In this document: in pieces, positions 23,247-37,165 of the stretch
Position numbering within the stretch: the stretch's first letter is position 1
Layout: each line of letters starts with the position of its first letter
NCBI GenBank assembly: GCA_965112735.1
Contig: OZ218954.1
Span: 124,001 to 188,000 of the forward strand
Source: Phaeosaccion multiseriatum
Lineage: Eukaryota; Protista; Ochrophyta, other classes
Direction of reading: 5' to 3'
Length of the DNA: 64,000 nucleotides
The notes under the pieces: generated by a model
Database searches by the model: none
What the model was told of the DNA's origin: nothing
What the model saw: the letters and a program-made list of their open reading frames with translations, nothing else
Program-made: the position numbers and the translations under genes

Positions 23247-25284
23247 GTTTGAGTGAGAAATAGAGAGCGGCAGGGGCGGGTACGCGTTTTCGCAGTTTCA
23301 GTTTCAGCTCAACAGTTATCAGTTGTCAAGGACGAATGGGATGGGAGCGGTGCATTGGTTGTCTTGTCCGGATGGAGGGCCGTTTTGCCATTTGCTGCGC
23401 TTTTGAGTTGGACTCTGGGGATGAGCGTTTCGATTGTCCGATGCTTTGAGCGTTACAAGGTTGCTACTAAGTACGTATTATTATGTGACACACCGATGCA
23501 GCAGATGAGGGGGGGGGTGGGGGTTGGGGATGGCAGTGGATGGTAGGGCGTGGGGAGGGGCGGGCCGAAAGGCTCTCTTCCTCTCTCTCTCCCTCCCACC
23601 ATCCCTCCCTCTCTCTCTCCATCACGCTCCCTCTCTTCCTCTCTCTCTCCCTCCCACCATCCCTCCCTCCCTCTCTCTCTCAATCACGCTCCCTCTCTTC
23701 CTCTCTCTCTCTCTCTCCCTCTCTCTCACTCTCTGTCACTCCCTCTCTCTCACTCTCTCGCTCTCCCACTCTCTCCTCCCTCTCCAAAGCGGCAAAGTGC
23801 GTCTGAAGCGTGGAAGACGGAGGAGAGAGATACACACTCCTCACCCCTCACCCTTGACTCTCTTCACGGCACCATGCCATCTCGACTCGGCACCCTCCTC
23901 CCTCCTTCCTCCAGTCCCGCTCCATCTTCTCTCTCTTGTGTCACAGGAAGCTGCGCAGTCCTCAGCAGTTGGTGGTACGGTAGTGGAGGGAATGGCAGTG
24001 ACACAGGCCAGGCGCAGCGGATGCTCGCTTGCCCACCCATATGCATGTCCCCGAGCTCAGCGGAAGTCGTCCATCCTCCGTTGTCCTCAGTGGTCAGCAC
24101 TGCAGCAGGAGGAACCACTGCCCATCAGTTGGAGCTGTGCATGGTAGTGGATGGCTGCAGGTCTTCTCTCGCCGCACCCACTGCCCTCTGCCGAGGCAGG
24201 AGGCTGTGGTCGGTGTGCGCAATCCATCAGGTCTGCCTGGCTGATGCTATTCTCCCTCTTTTTGGGGGAAGGAGCAGCGCTGGTTGTGCTCCCGCCGCTC
24301 TGGTTGTTGCCGCTTCCCATTGCTGATAGATAGACAGAGCTGCCGTGCTACTGCCTTCTCCCGACGAGGCTGGACTGCCTTGATATCCAAGCAATTCCCA
24401 TTCCCCAACATGTCAAGTGCAAGCTGCGCTGCTGGAAGATGGCACTGGTCTCCCACCTGTGGGCAGGAGGGCCCACCCAACACGACGGTGGGGGTGATGG
24501 GGGGGCAGGCTCCATCGTGCAGCGCTCCTGTCCATATCCCCTAATCTTTCTCTCTCTCTTCCTCTCTCGCACTCCTTCTCTCTCTCTGCTGCCTCGGTCG
24601 CTCTCTCCCCTCCTCGTGCCAACCATCCCATCCATCCATCCCCCCCCCTTCGGGGCTCCTCCTCCTCCTTGTTGCTTTTGGAAAGGGCTTGTCCCACTGG
24701 CATGAGGGCACAAAGCCCCATCCATCCGTACAGTCAGGCTCCGCTCTATCCTCCCCCCCTCACTCTCCTGTCCCATGTTGGTGTGTGTCGTTCTGCTGTA
24801 TCTCGTACAAACTTCGCTTCCCTCCCCCTTTCAAGGGGTCTGTCCCCGGCCAAGTCTCAACAGCTAGGACGGGCGGGTCGGAGGTGCGTACCAAGTACTT
24901 CAAGACATGGATTAGCCATGCCAGCACACACATCGCGCGCAAGTGGGGGAAAAGAGATGAGTTTTCTGTAACTGGATTTGAAGTTTGACAGTCACCCCAC
25001 AATTAAATTGAGAAAAAAAGGGTAGTCAAGGCTTGCCATGCAGCCAATCACACAAGGGAGGAGGGGAGCTGTGATGATAGGCAGGAAGGAGAGGGGCGCA
25101 GAGTGCTTGCGCTAACTAGGAGCGGATATCAGGAGCGAGCGAGGGCGCGAGGAAGGGTATTATGGTATTATGACTCACAGTTCGCGACGCTCCACCACCA
25201 TGCAAAGAAGAAAAATCAAAATCCAAATTCGACAACCAAAACAACAATGATGAATCGAAAGTAAAGGAGGAGATACACGGCACA

Positions 25285-26466
25285 ATGCGGCGGCAGGAGG
25301 TGAAGAACGGCAGCAGCAGGAGCAGAGGCTACCAGGCCGCTCTCCTCGTATGCCTGACTCTACAGAACACTGTGGCGGTGATGCTGATGAACTTCGTTCG
25401 CTCCTCTCCCGGGCAAGGGGTGAGTAGCTCAGTGAGTCAGTCAGTAGGGGAGAGAGGGAGGGAGGGAGGAAGGATGAAGTTAAAGGAGTTCATGGGAGAG
25501 AAAGGGGGGGAGGAGAGACGACGGTGATGCTGATGAACTTCCGGACAAGGGGCAAGTCCTTTTGTCAGTGCGCGAGAGAGAAAGGACAAAAGAGGAGGAA
25601 GAGGAGATTGTGAGAGTGGATAGAAGAGGGGGGGGGGGGAGGGAGGAAGGGAAGGAGAGAAACCGAGAAATTGAGGAGGGACGGAGTCAGGTAAGGGAAC
25701 CTGAAGTAGTGAGTTGAGGGAGTGGCAGAGGGCGGAGTGAAGGGAAGACGGGAGGAGGTCGGAGGCGAGTGGGAGCCGAGAGGGACGAAAGGATTGAGTA
25801 CAAGAGGGGGGAGGGAGGCAGGGAGGGGGGGAGGAAGGGTGAAAGGAGTGGACGTAAGAGAGAAAGGTGGGGGGAGGCTCACCGCACGAGAGGAAGGAAG
25901 AGAGGGGGGGCTGCATGGCAGTAGGTGGCAGTACATGGCAGAGGATGGCAGTTCGTGACACTTTATAGTCCTTCCTCTTCCCTTACCCACATTAGTGCGC
26001 TATCACCACACCGCTCGATCACACCCTTCCGTGTCTTACTCTTACGGTAATGCCCCCCCTTCCTGACATACCCCTCCCTCCATCTATCTGCTTGCGTTGT
26101 CCCTCCGCGCCCCTCCTGTGTGTGGTATGAGTGGCAAAAAGGGCTTCTCCCCCCAGAGCGCAGTGATTGTGCAGGAGAGCCTCAAGGCACTCATTTCCCT
26201 CGCCCTCCTCCTGAGGGGCCGCAGCAGCAGCAGCAAAGGCGAAGAGGGTGGTGGTCCATTCTCGCTCTTGTCGCTCTTCTCGACCCTCACAGATGGCGCA
26301 TTGGGTGCCACCCTGGTGCCCTCCACCCTGTACCTGTTCCAAAACAACCTGCAGTACCTGGCGTCAGGACTCTTATCCCCGGCCGTGTATTCAGTGACTT
26401 ACCAGACCAAGCTGCTCCTCACGGCCCTGCTCTCGTGGATGGCAGTGGAAGGCAAGGGCACGGGCA

Positions 26467-26519
<53 letters not shown>

Positions 26520-27378
26520 CAGGAGCAGGAAAAGGGGGGGAAGTTGGATATACGGCGGCCATCTGTTGGGCAGCAGCGGCAGACGCGCCTCAAGTGGGCG
26601 GCACAGGTGGCGCTCTTTGTGGGGGTGGTCCTCGTGCAGCAAAGCTCAAGCAGCAGCAGAGTTACACTCACAGTTGGCACGAGCACGAGCACGAGCACGA
26701 GCACCGGTCGCGCGGATATTGCTTGGGTCAAGGGCGTTTGCTTCGTGCTTTGTGCCGCTCTCTGCTCGAGCTGCGCCGGCAAGTTCATGAGTCTGGACGT
26801 GATCTTAGGCAGTTCGTACGTAACGGGCACGGAAGGCTCAGGAGAGCGGCATTGTATGGGTCAAGGCTATCTCTCTCTACACACATAAACTCTCTCTCTC
26901 TCTTCTCTCCTTTCTCCCCTCCCCCTCTCATTTCTTCCTCTCTTCTCTCTCATTGTCTCCCCCTCCCCCCGACTCCCCTCTTTCCCACCCTTCCTTCCTC
27001 TCCCCCCCCCCCCCCCTTCACTCTCCCTCCATCTCTCCTCCTCCTCACCCCCCTCTCCTCTACATGACCTACCATCATCATCATCATCATCATCATCACC
27101 ATCTCTTACTGTGCAGGTGTTTACATGCAGAGGACCCTTCAGAGCACCCACGTGACCCCCCGGGGGGCGTCGAATCTGTGGCTGCGCAACTTCCAAATGG
27201 CGACTGCTTCTCTCTGCCTGGCGCTCTTGCCGCTCCTCCTGACCCTCACCCAGGGGGGCTTGTCCCAGGGGGGCTTTGCCCAGGGGGGTGGGCTCTTGGC
27301 ACAGGCAAGTGTCAAAGTCAGTTTTTAAGTTTGTAACTGCCCTGCTCCCTTCACTGGCTCCTGCTCTCCTTCTCTACT

Positions 27379-27433
<55 letters not shown>

Positions 27434-29203
27434 GCTGCTGGTGCTGCTGTTGCTACCTTTGCTGCTGGTGCTGCTGTTGCTACCGTTGCTGCTGCCCTGC
27501 TTCTCCTAATCGTCTACCTCGTCCTCCTTCTCTCCTCCTATTGTCATCCCCTCCACTGCCATCCCCGCACACGTACTGTTATGTAACGGTACGGCCCAAC
27601 CAACCCCGGTGGGCTTTGTAGCTGGTGTCAGGCAGAGACAAAGATGGAGAGAGAGGGGTCTTCTTGCTGGGCTTCACCTCGTGGACGTGGGTGTGTGTGT
27701 GCACAAACGCCCTCGGAGGCCTGCTGGTGCGTGTGGAGGGAGGATGGTAGTGGATGGAAGGAGGAAGGGGGTTAGGGTTGTAGTTTGGGTTGTAGTTTGG
27801 GGGGGGGGGCGTGGGTGTGTGTGTGCACAAACGCCGTCGGAGGCCTGCTGGTATGTGTGTGTGTGTGGGGGGGGGGGGGGCGGTGGGTGAAGATGCGACT
27901 TTTGAACCCATGTGCCTGCCTAATCCTCCGTAACCCTTACGTAATGTTAGGTTGGGGCGGTGATCAAGGAGGCGGGGTCAGTGACGAAGGATGTGTCGAT
28001 GGGGGCATCCATCGCCCTCTCCGCAGCCGCCTCCACAACACAGGTACACTCACTCACTCAGTCACTCACTCACTCACTCACTCACTCACTCACTCACTCA
28101 CTCACTCACTCACTCACTCACTCACTCACTCACTCACTCACTCACTCACTCACTCACTCACTCACTCACTCACTCACTCACTCACTCACTCACTCACTCA
28201 CTCACTCACTCACTCACTCACTCACTCATTGACTCACTCACTCACTCACTCGCTCACTCACTCATTGACTCACTCACTCACTCACTCACTCACTCACTCA
28301 CTCACTCACTCACTCACTCACTCACTCACTCACTCACTCACTCACTCACTCACTCACTCACTCACTCACTCACTCACTCACTCACTCACTCACTCACTCA
28401 CTCACTCACTCACTCACTCACTCACTCACTCACTCACTCACTCACTCACTCACTCACTTACTCATTCACTCACTCACTCACTCACTCACTCACTCACTCA
28501 CACACACACACACACTCACTCACTCACTCACTCATCACCCTCTGACCCTTGCTCACTCACTCGCATACTGAATCGAATCCTGAATCACCCCCCTCTCCTC
28601 ATCTCCCTTCCCCTCCCCTCCCATCCTCTTCCCTCCACCCTCCCCTATTATCTTCCAAATGCCCATCCTGTTCATCCTCTTGCCTGCGCATCCTCCCATA
28701 TGCGCGTCAATGCGTGCCCCTACCCCATGCAATCCCCCTGGCCTTGTCACATGCCCCGCCCCACCCCACCCATACACCTCTACCCATACACCTCTACCCA
28801 CCCATACACCTCTACCCACCCCCAGCTGTTCGGCCAAAGAGAGAGTGTGACTCCCTCCTTTGTGGGGGGAGTGCTTCTTGTGGTCGTGGCGGTGTGCGTG
28901 TACGGACGGGAATGGAGCACGCAGCAGCAGGAGGAGGAGGAGGAGGAGGAGGAGAAAAGTCGGTGTCAGGGAGAGCAATGTCGGTCTCAAGACCAAGACT
29001 GTCTGCCTGACCCTAAGAGCCGCAGCAACAGTCGTATGGGCAACAGTAGCAGCAGCAACAGTCGTATGGGCAACAGTAGCAGCAGCAACAGTCGTATGGG
29101 CAACAGTAGCAGCAGCAACAGTCGTATGGATATCAGTAGCAGTAGGAACGGCAGCAGTAGCAGTAATTCTCGCATTACAAGGAGGAGCAGCAGCAATCAT
29201 ATG

Positions 29204-29244
<41 letters not shown>

Positions 29245-29299
29245 TCGAAGGAGAAGCAGCAGAATTGCAGCTGTCAGCAGTGGCGGCGGTGCGGTGTAA
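25285..29299 (+). CDS. Nucleotide-sugar transporter, SLC35A (UDP-galactose/CMP-sialic acid transporter) family
   Basis: Family motifs [51 protein letters not shown]|[14 protein letters not shown] and NALGGLL|VGAVIK. About 6 exons, one intron with a GC donor (26779); the exon junction near 27290-27631 is uncertain. Confidence 0.85.
28047..28530. repeat. (CTCA)n microsatellite, intronic
   Basis: About 480 bp of near-perfect ctca repeats; it produces the spurious LTHS ORFs. Confidence 0.95.
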
Positions 29300-30386
29300 G
29301 ACCAAAATATGTCAGTGGAAGGAACGCGGTAGGGTTCTCTCTTAAATACACCGCAACTGAGGCTGACAGGGGGTGGAGGACTCATGTGTATATAGTAGTG
29401 CTACGTGGTAGTACGTAAGATGTTGTGTACTATCCATCTTCTATTATCTTACAGTGCTTGGACTCGGGTGCCCCCCCGGGTGCCCCCCCCCCCCCCCCCC
29501 CCCTCTGCTTGCCGCATGTGACGCAATGCCACACAAATGTTACAGTTACATGCACGCCGATGGCAACCAATGCCATTCATCCCCTCTCTCTCTCTTTTAG
29601 CAACCCTCCTGCGTGCCTGCGTGTGGGGGGTGTTGTCTCCATCCACCCCCTTTCTTGTGCGTATGTACTGATTGATGCCTGCTCTGCGTTGGTTAGGCCC
29701 CCCTAGAAACGGCTGAAACGGCTGCACTTGAAACCGAAACTGAAGCGGAAAGGGCATCCACCGCCCCCCTCTCTTTGATTTCCTCAATTGTCGCACTGGG
29801 GTGGTACGCCAATGGTGGCCATAACACAACACTCGAGCGCACAATAATACAATGAAATCACCTCTCTCTCTGTCTGTCTCGCTCTCTTCCTTTCTCTCTC
29901 TTTGTCTGTCTCTGCCCCACTCTCGCTTCCTCCCCTCTCGCTCTCTCGATCCCTCCATCCCTCTCTCCTCTCTATCTCCCCCCACCCCCCCTCCCCCTGT
30001 CTTCCATCTCCCTCTCCCTCTCCCATCCACTGCCATCCTCTCTCCTCCCATCCCGCAGTCCAGGGGGGCAGCCAGACACCTCGACATTGCATACAGAGAC
30101 CCTCTATATCGAATATAGAAACGGTCAATATATAAGTCCAGGGGGGCAGTCAGATACCTCGATACTGCATATAGAGACCCTCTACATCGAATATAGAAAC
30201 GGTCAATATATACATCAATCACTCATGTTCCTTCTATCCTTCCCACACCACACCCCACGCCCCTTCGGCTGATTCCTTTTCATGTTCGTAAGTCAACAAA
30301 GTCAACACAACATTGTGCCCCTCACTCACCCCTACACACGCACACACAGACATGGGAGGGGCAGTTACAGGTTTCCGAGCCGACTC

Positions 30387-33300
30387 TCACGAGATGACGC
30401 AGTTGCAACCCGCCCCGGCCGCGTGGCTTTCCCCTTCGGAGTCCCGCATGTCATCCTTCTCCCTTCCCCCTCGAGGGGCGCTGGGGAGGAAGCCTGAACC
30501 CGACCCCGGGGGGGCGGAGGAGCTCTTTTTGGAGGACTTGGAGGAGTTACTCTCAGACAGGAGCTGCAGGATGGAGTCGTGCCCTCCGTGACTGCTCCAG
30601 TCCATGCCCTGGGCGATGTGTGTGTGTGTGTGTGTGTGTGTGTGGAATGGCAGAGTGGTGAAGGGAGGGAGGACGGGGAGTTGAGTTGGGAGGGACAGAG
30701 AGGGAGGAGGAGAAACGGGAAAGAAAACAGAGGGAGGGAGAGAGGGAGGGAGGGAGGGAGGGAGGGAGAGAGGGAGGGAGGAAGGGACGCTCCTGCTAAG
30801 AGCATCGTTCACGGGAGAGGAGGGACACCGGACACTCCCCTCAACAGAACTCCCCTCTCCACCCCTAACACCCCTAACATAGAGCAACATAACAAAGGCA
30901 GCCACCCACCTGATTGGTATGCCCCTCCTTCCTGTTCTCCGAGAGGAACTTGACCACCTCAAAGTGCCCCATGGCGGCGGCCCAATCGATGGCAGCGGTG
31001 GTGCAGCCGAACTTGTTGTCGTGCAGCCACTGGGGGGGGGGGGGGGGGCGGGTAGAGGCGTATGGATGGGCATGTGACAGGGGACGGACGGACGGGAGGT
31101 GGGGAGAGGGGGAGGGGGAGGGGGAGGGGGAGGGGGAGGGGGAGCGAGACAAGTGGGAAAGGAGGGAGAGGAAGAGAAGGGGGAAGGAGCGAGAGAAGGA
31201 CAAGTGGGATAAGAGCGAGAGGAAGAGAAGTGGAAAGAAGCGAGAGAAAGAAGAGTGGAAAGACGGAGAGAAAAGAGGAGTGGAGAAAAGTGGAAAGACG
31301 GAGAGAAAAGAGATTCGGGAAAGGAGAGAGAGGTATGCGAGGAGGTAAGAACAAGAGGTGCTGGTGCCGTCACTCGCCAAGTGTGGAAGACTCCTGCTGA
31401 ATCAACAACTGGTGTACATGCCACAGTGTCTGCCACCGCCCCCCTCGGTACACCCGCTACCATCCGCTACCATCCGCTACCATCCGCTACCATCCGTACA
31501 GAGATGCCCCCCCTTCACTGACTTAGTCTTTTCACTTCACACACTCAGTCACTGACATAACAACGAATTCCACTGACGTAGTAATTACAAACTAGTTCAC
31601 TGCCTTACCTTGACGATGACGAGGTGCCCCCCCCGGGCCGCGTTGTCCATGGCCTTGCCGGAGCAGTGCTTCCTCTCATACTTGTGCAGCCACTGCACCG
31701 TCTCAAAGTGCCCATTGAGGCACGCCAGAGTGATGGCTCTGCTGCTACACCTGGTGGTGGTGGTGGTGGTGGTGGTGGTTGTTGGTTAGGGGGGGAGAGG
31801 AGGGACGGGCGGGAGGGGGAGGGGGCAGGACGGAGAACGGGGGCGAAAGGCTGTTTAAGAGAAACAGAGAAACAGAGTACTACCTAATCGAGTCAGTAAG
31901 TCAGTGAAATCGAGTCAGCAAGTCCGTGAAATCGGGTCAGTAAGTCAGCAAGTCAGTGAGTTTCCATGTATTCACTGTACTCATCCTCCCCTCCCCATAT
32001 AAAGTATATCACTACTCACCCTTCCTGCCTGTTGTCGTGCAGCCACTGCACCACCTCCAAGTGTCCCTCTCCCGCCGCAAGATTCATCGCCTCCACAGTG
32101 CACCCTAGTGTCAGGACAGACACACACACAGAGAGAGAGGGTGTCAGGACAGAGAGGGAGACAGAGGGACGTGTCAGGACTAAGAAGAGAGAGGGAGAGA
32201 AAACGAAGAAGACAAAGAGTATGAGGAGGAGAGGGAGAGAGACTGGTATATATAGTACAAGGGGACGACGACAGAGGGGGGGAGAGAAGATGCCTGCCCT
32301 GCGCACAGTAATTCAACCAATCACTAACCTTCGTCACGGTTCTCGTGAAGCCATTTGACAACCTGCCACGCATGGTAGAGTCCATGTAGAGTCGATATAT
32401 AGTCGATATATAGAGTCGAAACAAACGAGATTCAATAACGAGGAGAGGACGGGGAGGGATGAGTAGAGATGAGGGGAGGAAGCATCCATCTACACAACAT
32501 AACAGGTCGATATCGACTTTATCTCGATGTCGACTTTACTCATACACACACGCAGGCATGCTCTTCAATGAGCCCCTTCTTGGCTGCCCGGACATCATCA
32601 ACATAGATATGGAGCCTCTACATCGAGCCTCGAAATGTAATATCGAGCCTCGAAATGTAATATCGCACCTCGAGATGTCCCTTCTTGGCTGCCCACGTCA
32701 TGGCCCGTATGGTGACATTGCCTGCCTGCCCAGTTCGGTCCAGGAACTCCACGATGTCGAGATGCCTACACGAGTTGGTGGTACAGTAGGTTGTTAGTTG
32801 GTGGGACACAGAGAGAGAGAGAGAGAGGGAGGAAGAGAGGAAGATAGAGAGAGAGGGACAGAGAGAGAGGAAGAGAGAGAGAGGGAGGGAGGGAGGGAGA
32901 GAGAGGGGGGGAGAGAGGAAGAGAGGGAGAGAGAGAGAGAGAGAGAGAGGAAGAGAGGGGGAGAGAGAAAGGGTACGTGATGACACAGCAATGAGCTGAG
33001 CAGTGAGCTGAGCATACATAGGCCGGTGAATGTTATCAAGACTTGTTGGCACGGCACTCCATCCATCCCCTGCCATCCCCTGCCATCCCCTGCCATCCAC
33101 TGCCATACCCTGCCATCCCCTGCCATCCAATCCAGCCACTCACCCTTCCCCTGCGGCGTAGTCGAGAGGGTTCTTCCTGGCGGGGCAGCGCTCCCTCCTG
33201 TTCTTGTACAGCCATTCACACACCTTCAAGTGACCTGTGGCACCCGCACACACACACACACACAGAGAGAGAAGAGGGAGGGAGGGAGGGAGGGAGGAGG

Positions 33301-33543
33301 GGGGCGGTCGGAGGAAGTGAGCAAGTGAGTAAGGAAGGAAGAGAGGGAGTGTTTGTGTGTGCTCCCTTCTGGTGCCATCTGGTGCCATCTCTTACCATTC
33401 TTGGCTGCCCAGAAGACTGCGTTTCCGGAGCAGCCCCCATCCGAGTTTTCGTGCAGCCACTGCAAAACCTGTTGAGGCCGGAGCAGAGTAGTTGGTGATA
33501 CAGAGAGGAGGGGAGGGGTCAAAAAGGGAGGCAGAGGGACAAT

Positions 33544-33574
<31 letters not shown>

Positions 33575-36399
33575 GACAGACACAATAGAGAGCGAGAGAG
33601 AGGCAGATATAGAGAGAAAGCAGAAAAAAGAGGGAGGGAAAGAGAGAAATAGAGCGAGCGAGACAGAAAGAAAGCAGACAAGAGAGAGAGTAGGAGAGCG
33701 AAAAGAGAATAGAGAGCTAGAGGGGTCTGACAAACTGCAACTCAACGTCCAGGGGGTCTAACAAACTGAAACTCACGTCAAGATGTCCGTTACCGGCGGC
33801 GAGATCCATGGCGTCCTCCGTGCACCCCTCCAGCGTGTGGTCGTGCAGCCACTAAGTCAGTGAAAAAGGGCATAAGTCAGTAGGGAGCGGATAGATGGAT
33901 GGATGAATAGATGGCAGTGGATGGATAGAGGCAGCCCCTGACTCAACCCTACATATACACCACTTGCTCACTGACTTACTGACTAGACCCTACACCACTG
34001 ACTTACTGACTCACTGACGTACTGACTGACCTTCAGGAGCTCGAGGTGGCCGCCCCCTGCGGCACCATCCATTGCCTTCGTGGTGCCCCCCTCCGTGCGG
34101 TGAGAGTGCAGCCACTGGGATGGCAGTGGATGGCAGTAGATGGGGGGGGGGGGGATGGCAGTGGATGGGAATGGGGATGGCAGTGGATGGGAATGGGGAT
34201 GGCAGTGGACGGGAATGGGGATGGCAGTGGATGGGAATGGGGATGGCAGTGGATGGGGAGAGGGCAGTCAGTTCGAGTGTGAGCAGCAACTGAGGAGAGG
34301 GGGCAGGATGGCAGTGGATGGGGATCGATTCAGTGCCATCTCCACTTGAGACCCTCTCTCCCTCGCCCTCTTTCTCCCCTCTTTCTCCCTCCTCCTCCCC
34401 TACTCCTCCCTCCTCCCCTTCCCCCCCCCCCTCCTCCTCCTCCCCCCCCTCCTCCTCCTCCTCCTCCTCCTCCTCCTCCTCCTAACTCGTCGGCCTCTCT
34501 TGATTGCTTCACGGCCGAAGAAAACTCTCACTCACCTCTACCACGTGAAAATGGCCATTCGTGGCCGCTTCATTAAACGCAAACTTCGTGCACCTGGAGG
34601 GAGGGAGGAACACATAAGATAAGATAAGATTCCACTCACCTACCATCCATGAGGGACGAACACATAAGATAAGATAAGATAAGATAACACCTCCACAAAC
34701 TGCCATCCATGGATGTTCACTCACCCCTCCTCCCTCCTGTGGTGGAGGTACATGACGATTTCAAGGTGACCGTTCCCAGCGGCGCCGTCCATGGCAGCGG
34801 CGGTGGCGGGCATGTCGGGCACCTCGTCCAGCCATTGTACCACCTGACTCACAGATGGCAACGGATGGGGGCATGGCAGTCGATGGGAGGGGAGAGGAGG
34901 GAGAGGGGAGGGAGAGATGGAGAAGGTCGCTTTAAGGGAGGACTTAGTGACTTGGTGGTACAAGTAGTCGTCGCCATTGTGGGGAGCGAATATCAAGGCA
35001 AGTTCCCAACTGAAACTGAAAGCGATACGCACCTCCAAGTGGCCCGCTCGGGCAGCGGAGTTGATGGCCAGGTGGGTGTAGCTGTTGGCGATACAGGGAG
35101 GGAGGGAGGGAGGGAGGAAGGGTGAGGAGGGTGTCCACTGCCAGCTACAGCCACGCACTACCATCCACTGCCATCCATCCGCCCATCCACTGCCATCCAT
35201 CCATCCCCCCATCCACTGCCATCCCCCCCTCCCTGCCTATCAACCTGAGGGGGTCCCCCTCCTGCTCCTTGGTCAGCATGAGTGCCAGATGGCCGGCTGC
35301 TGCCGCGTCGTCTCCGTTCCAATATGCCACCTTGTTGATGCCGTCACAGTACGCCAGAGCGGAGGCCCACCCCTGGGTCGGTGCGTGGGAAGGCAGTGGA
35401 TGGAGGGGGAGGAGGGTAAGATGTTGGAGGCGTATGTACGGGGAATCGACATGGGGTGGATGGCAGTGGATGGCAGTGGATGGCAGTGGATGGGTTGGTG
35501 CTGTTGGCTGGCGCGTTCTTGGGGTTTGTTGGTGAGGAGTGAGGGAGGGAAGGAAGGAAGGATTTCCTGCCCTCCTCTTCCTCGTCCTCCCACTTAAGGC
35601 CGACCTTGCCATCCCCTGCCATCCCCTGCCATCCCCTGCCATCCCCTGCCATCCCCTGCCATCCCCTGCCCCCCCCCCCCCCCCTCTCCCTACTCACCTC
35701 CCCCTCAAGCCAGGCCCTCAACAGGCCCTTCCTCTCGTCGTCCTGCTCCTGCCGCTCCTGATTCATTCCGGGCTCTTCCTTCTCGTCCTCCCAGTGCGGC
35801 TGGTGTTGGTGCTGGTGCTGGTGCTGTGTACCCACCTGCACCTGTGGAAGCTTCTGCACCCCCCCCCCATCCCCATCCTCTCCTCCTCCTCCTCCTCCTC
35901 CTCCTCCTCCTCCTCCTCCTCCTCTTTCTTCTTCTCTTCCTTCTTCTTCGAGCCGCCCCCCCTCCCCACCTGGCGAGCTCCCAGCACCACTCCCGCTGCC
36001 GCTGCCGCTGCCCCTGGAGGAAGCTCTGCTGTGTACCAAGCTGAAGCCGGAAGAGCCCATCAAACTTGACGTCAACATGGATACATCGGCTGTGGCCGTA
36101 CTGCACTGGCTGTAGAGAGAGTCCTGCCGCTTGTACATGGTGGGACTGCCGATGGGCATGGGGAGACGGGTGGGGTTTGGGGGCGGAGAGTCGAGCGCAT
36201 TGGAGCTGCCGACGCTTTGCTGACTCTGTTGTCTGTCAAGCTGGGGCTCCGTGGTGTGCATCTGGGGCTCCGTGGTGTGCATTGGTGGGGATGGGTTGGT
36301 GTATGTGTATAAAGTGTGTGTCAAATAAACCCCCCGTTCCTTAATCGTTCCTTGGTGCCTGACGGAGCCCTGAGCTGTCCCGCTGGGATGTGCCCCCAC
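30387..36399 (-). CDS. Ankyrin repeat protein (stramenopile WLHxxRxEGCTxxAMDxAAxxGHLE type), 15 exons, C-terminal CaaX
   Basis: Spliced repeats [58 protein letters not shown] and [22 protein letters not shown]. Ends GAGCNCVIS*. Start codon uncertain (36399 or about 36280). Confidence 0.85.
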
Positions 36400-37165
36400 A
36401 AGTCCCCTTTGCCACGCCCCTTTCCTCTATGGACGGAGCCGCTGCACAGTGCGCTCTTTTGCTGCCGCTGCTGCTACCGTATCCCCCTCGTTCTGCGGGC
36501 CTTATATCAGAAAGCCCAGGGATCGGGTCCCACCCCCTTTCGTCGCCATATAAAAGCCACCTCTGCACAAAAGCCCAGCGCTGTCTTCGTCTCCAATGTG
36601 GTAGCACTCCACCCTATGCTTCGGAATGTGGCGTGGTCTCGTTGAATGATGCCGTCCTTTCCCTGTTCTTGTATTATGTACGATAAGCTTTTTGGTTAGG
36701 GTCCTTCTCAGCGAGAGGGCCAACCATCTAAAAGTCGCATTCTTTTTCCAGCCGGCTTGCCCCCCGTTACGATCCAATCACGACACCAGGTGTGTGGAAT
36801 TAAAGGGGGTGTGCGTGGAGCAGAGAGGGAGGACGGAGCCGGTTCGGGTGAGGGCATCGTAATAGGGAAGGGATAGGGGGAGGCAGGGGGGCTTTGGGCC
36901 TCGATTTTTTGGTCAGTCGGCAATCTGATGAGTAGGGAGAGAGAAGGAAGCCAAGGAGAGAGAAGAGAGAGTGATAGCCGCGGCTGAAAGAGAGGGCGAG
37001 AAGGAAGGAGAGAGAAAAGCGGCAATACTTGCCCTGCAATACCCATAGGCACGGCGAGGAGGAGGAGGAGGAGGAGCAGAAGGGGGGAGGAGGAAGAGAA
37101 GGGAAGAGGGAAGGGGAGGGTCTGTTTTGCCCGGCGGCAGGGTAGCCCATACGCGCGCAATAAAC

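Noticed and set aside
23550-25002. Possible minus-strand gene between the 7TM and SLC35A genes
   Set aside because: Only short ORFs in inconsistent frames, with no recognisable domain and no consistent splice model.
27785-28545. Long ORFs of LTHS, PPSL/REGG, poly-P/L/E and VCVC type here and at 43073-43510, 57079-57771 and 60478-61435
   Set aside because: They are translations of intronic microsatellites that happen to lack stop codons.
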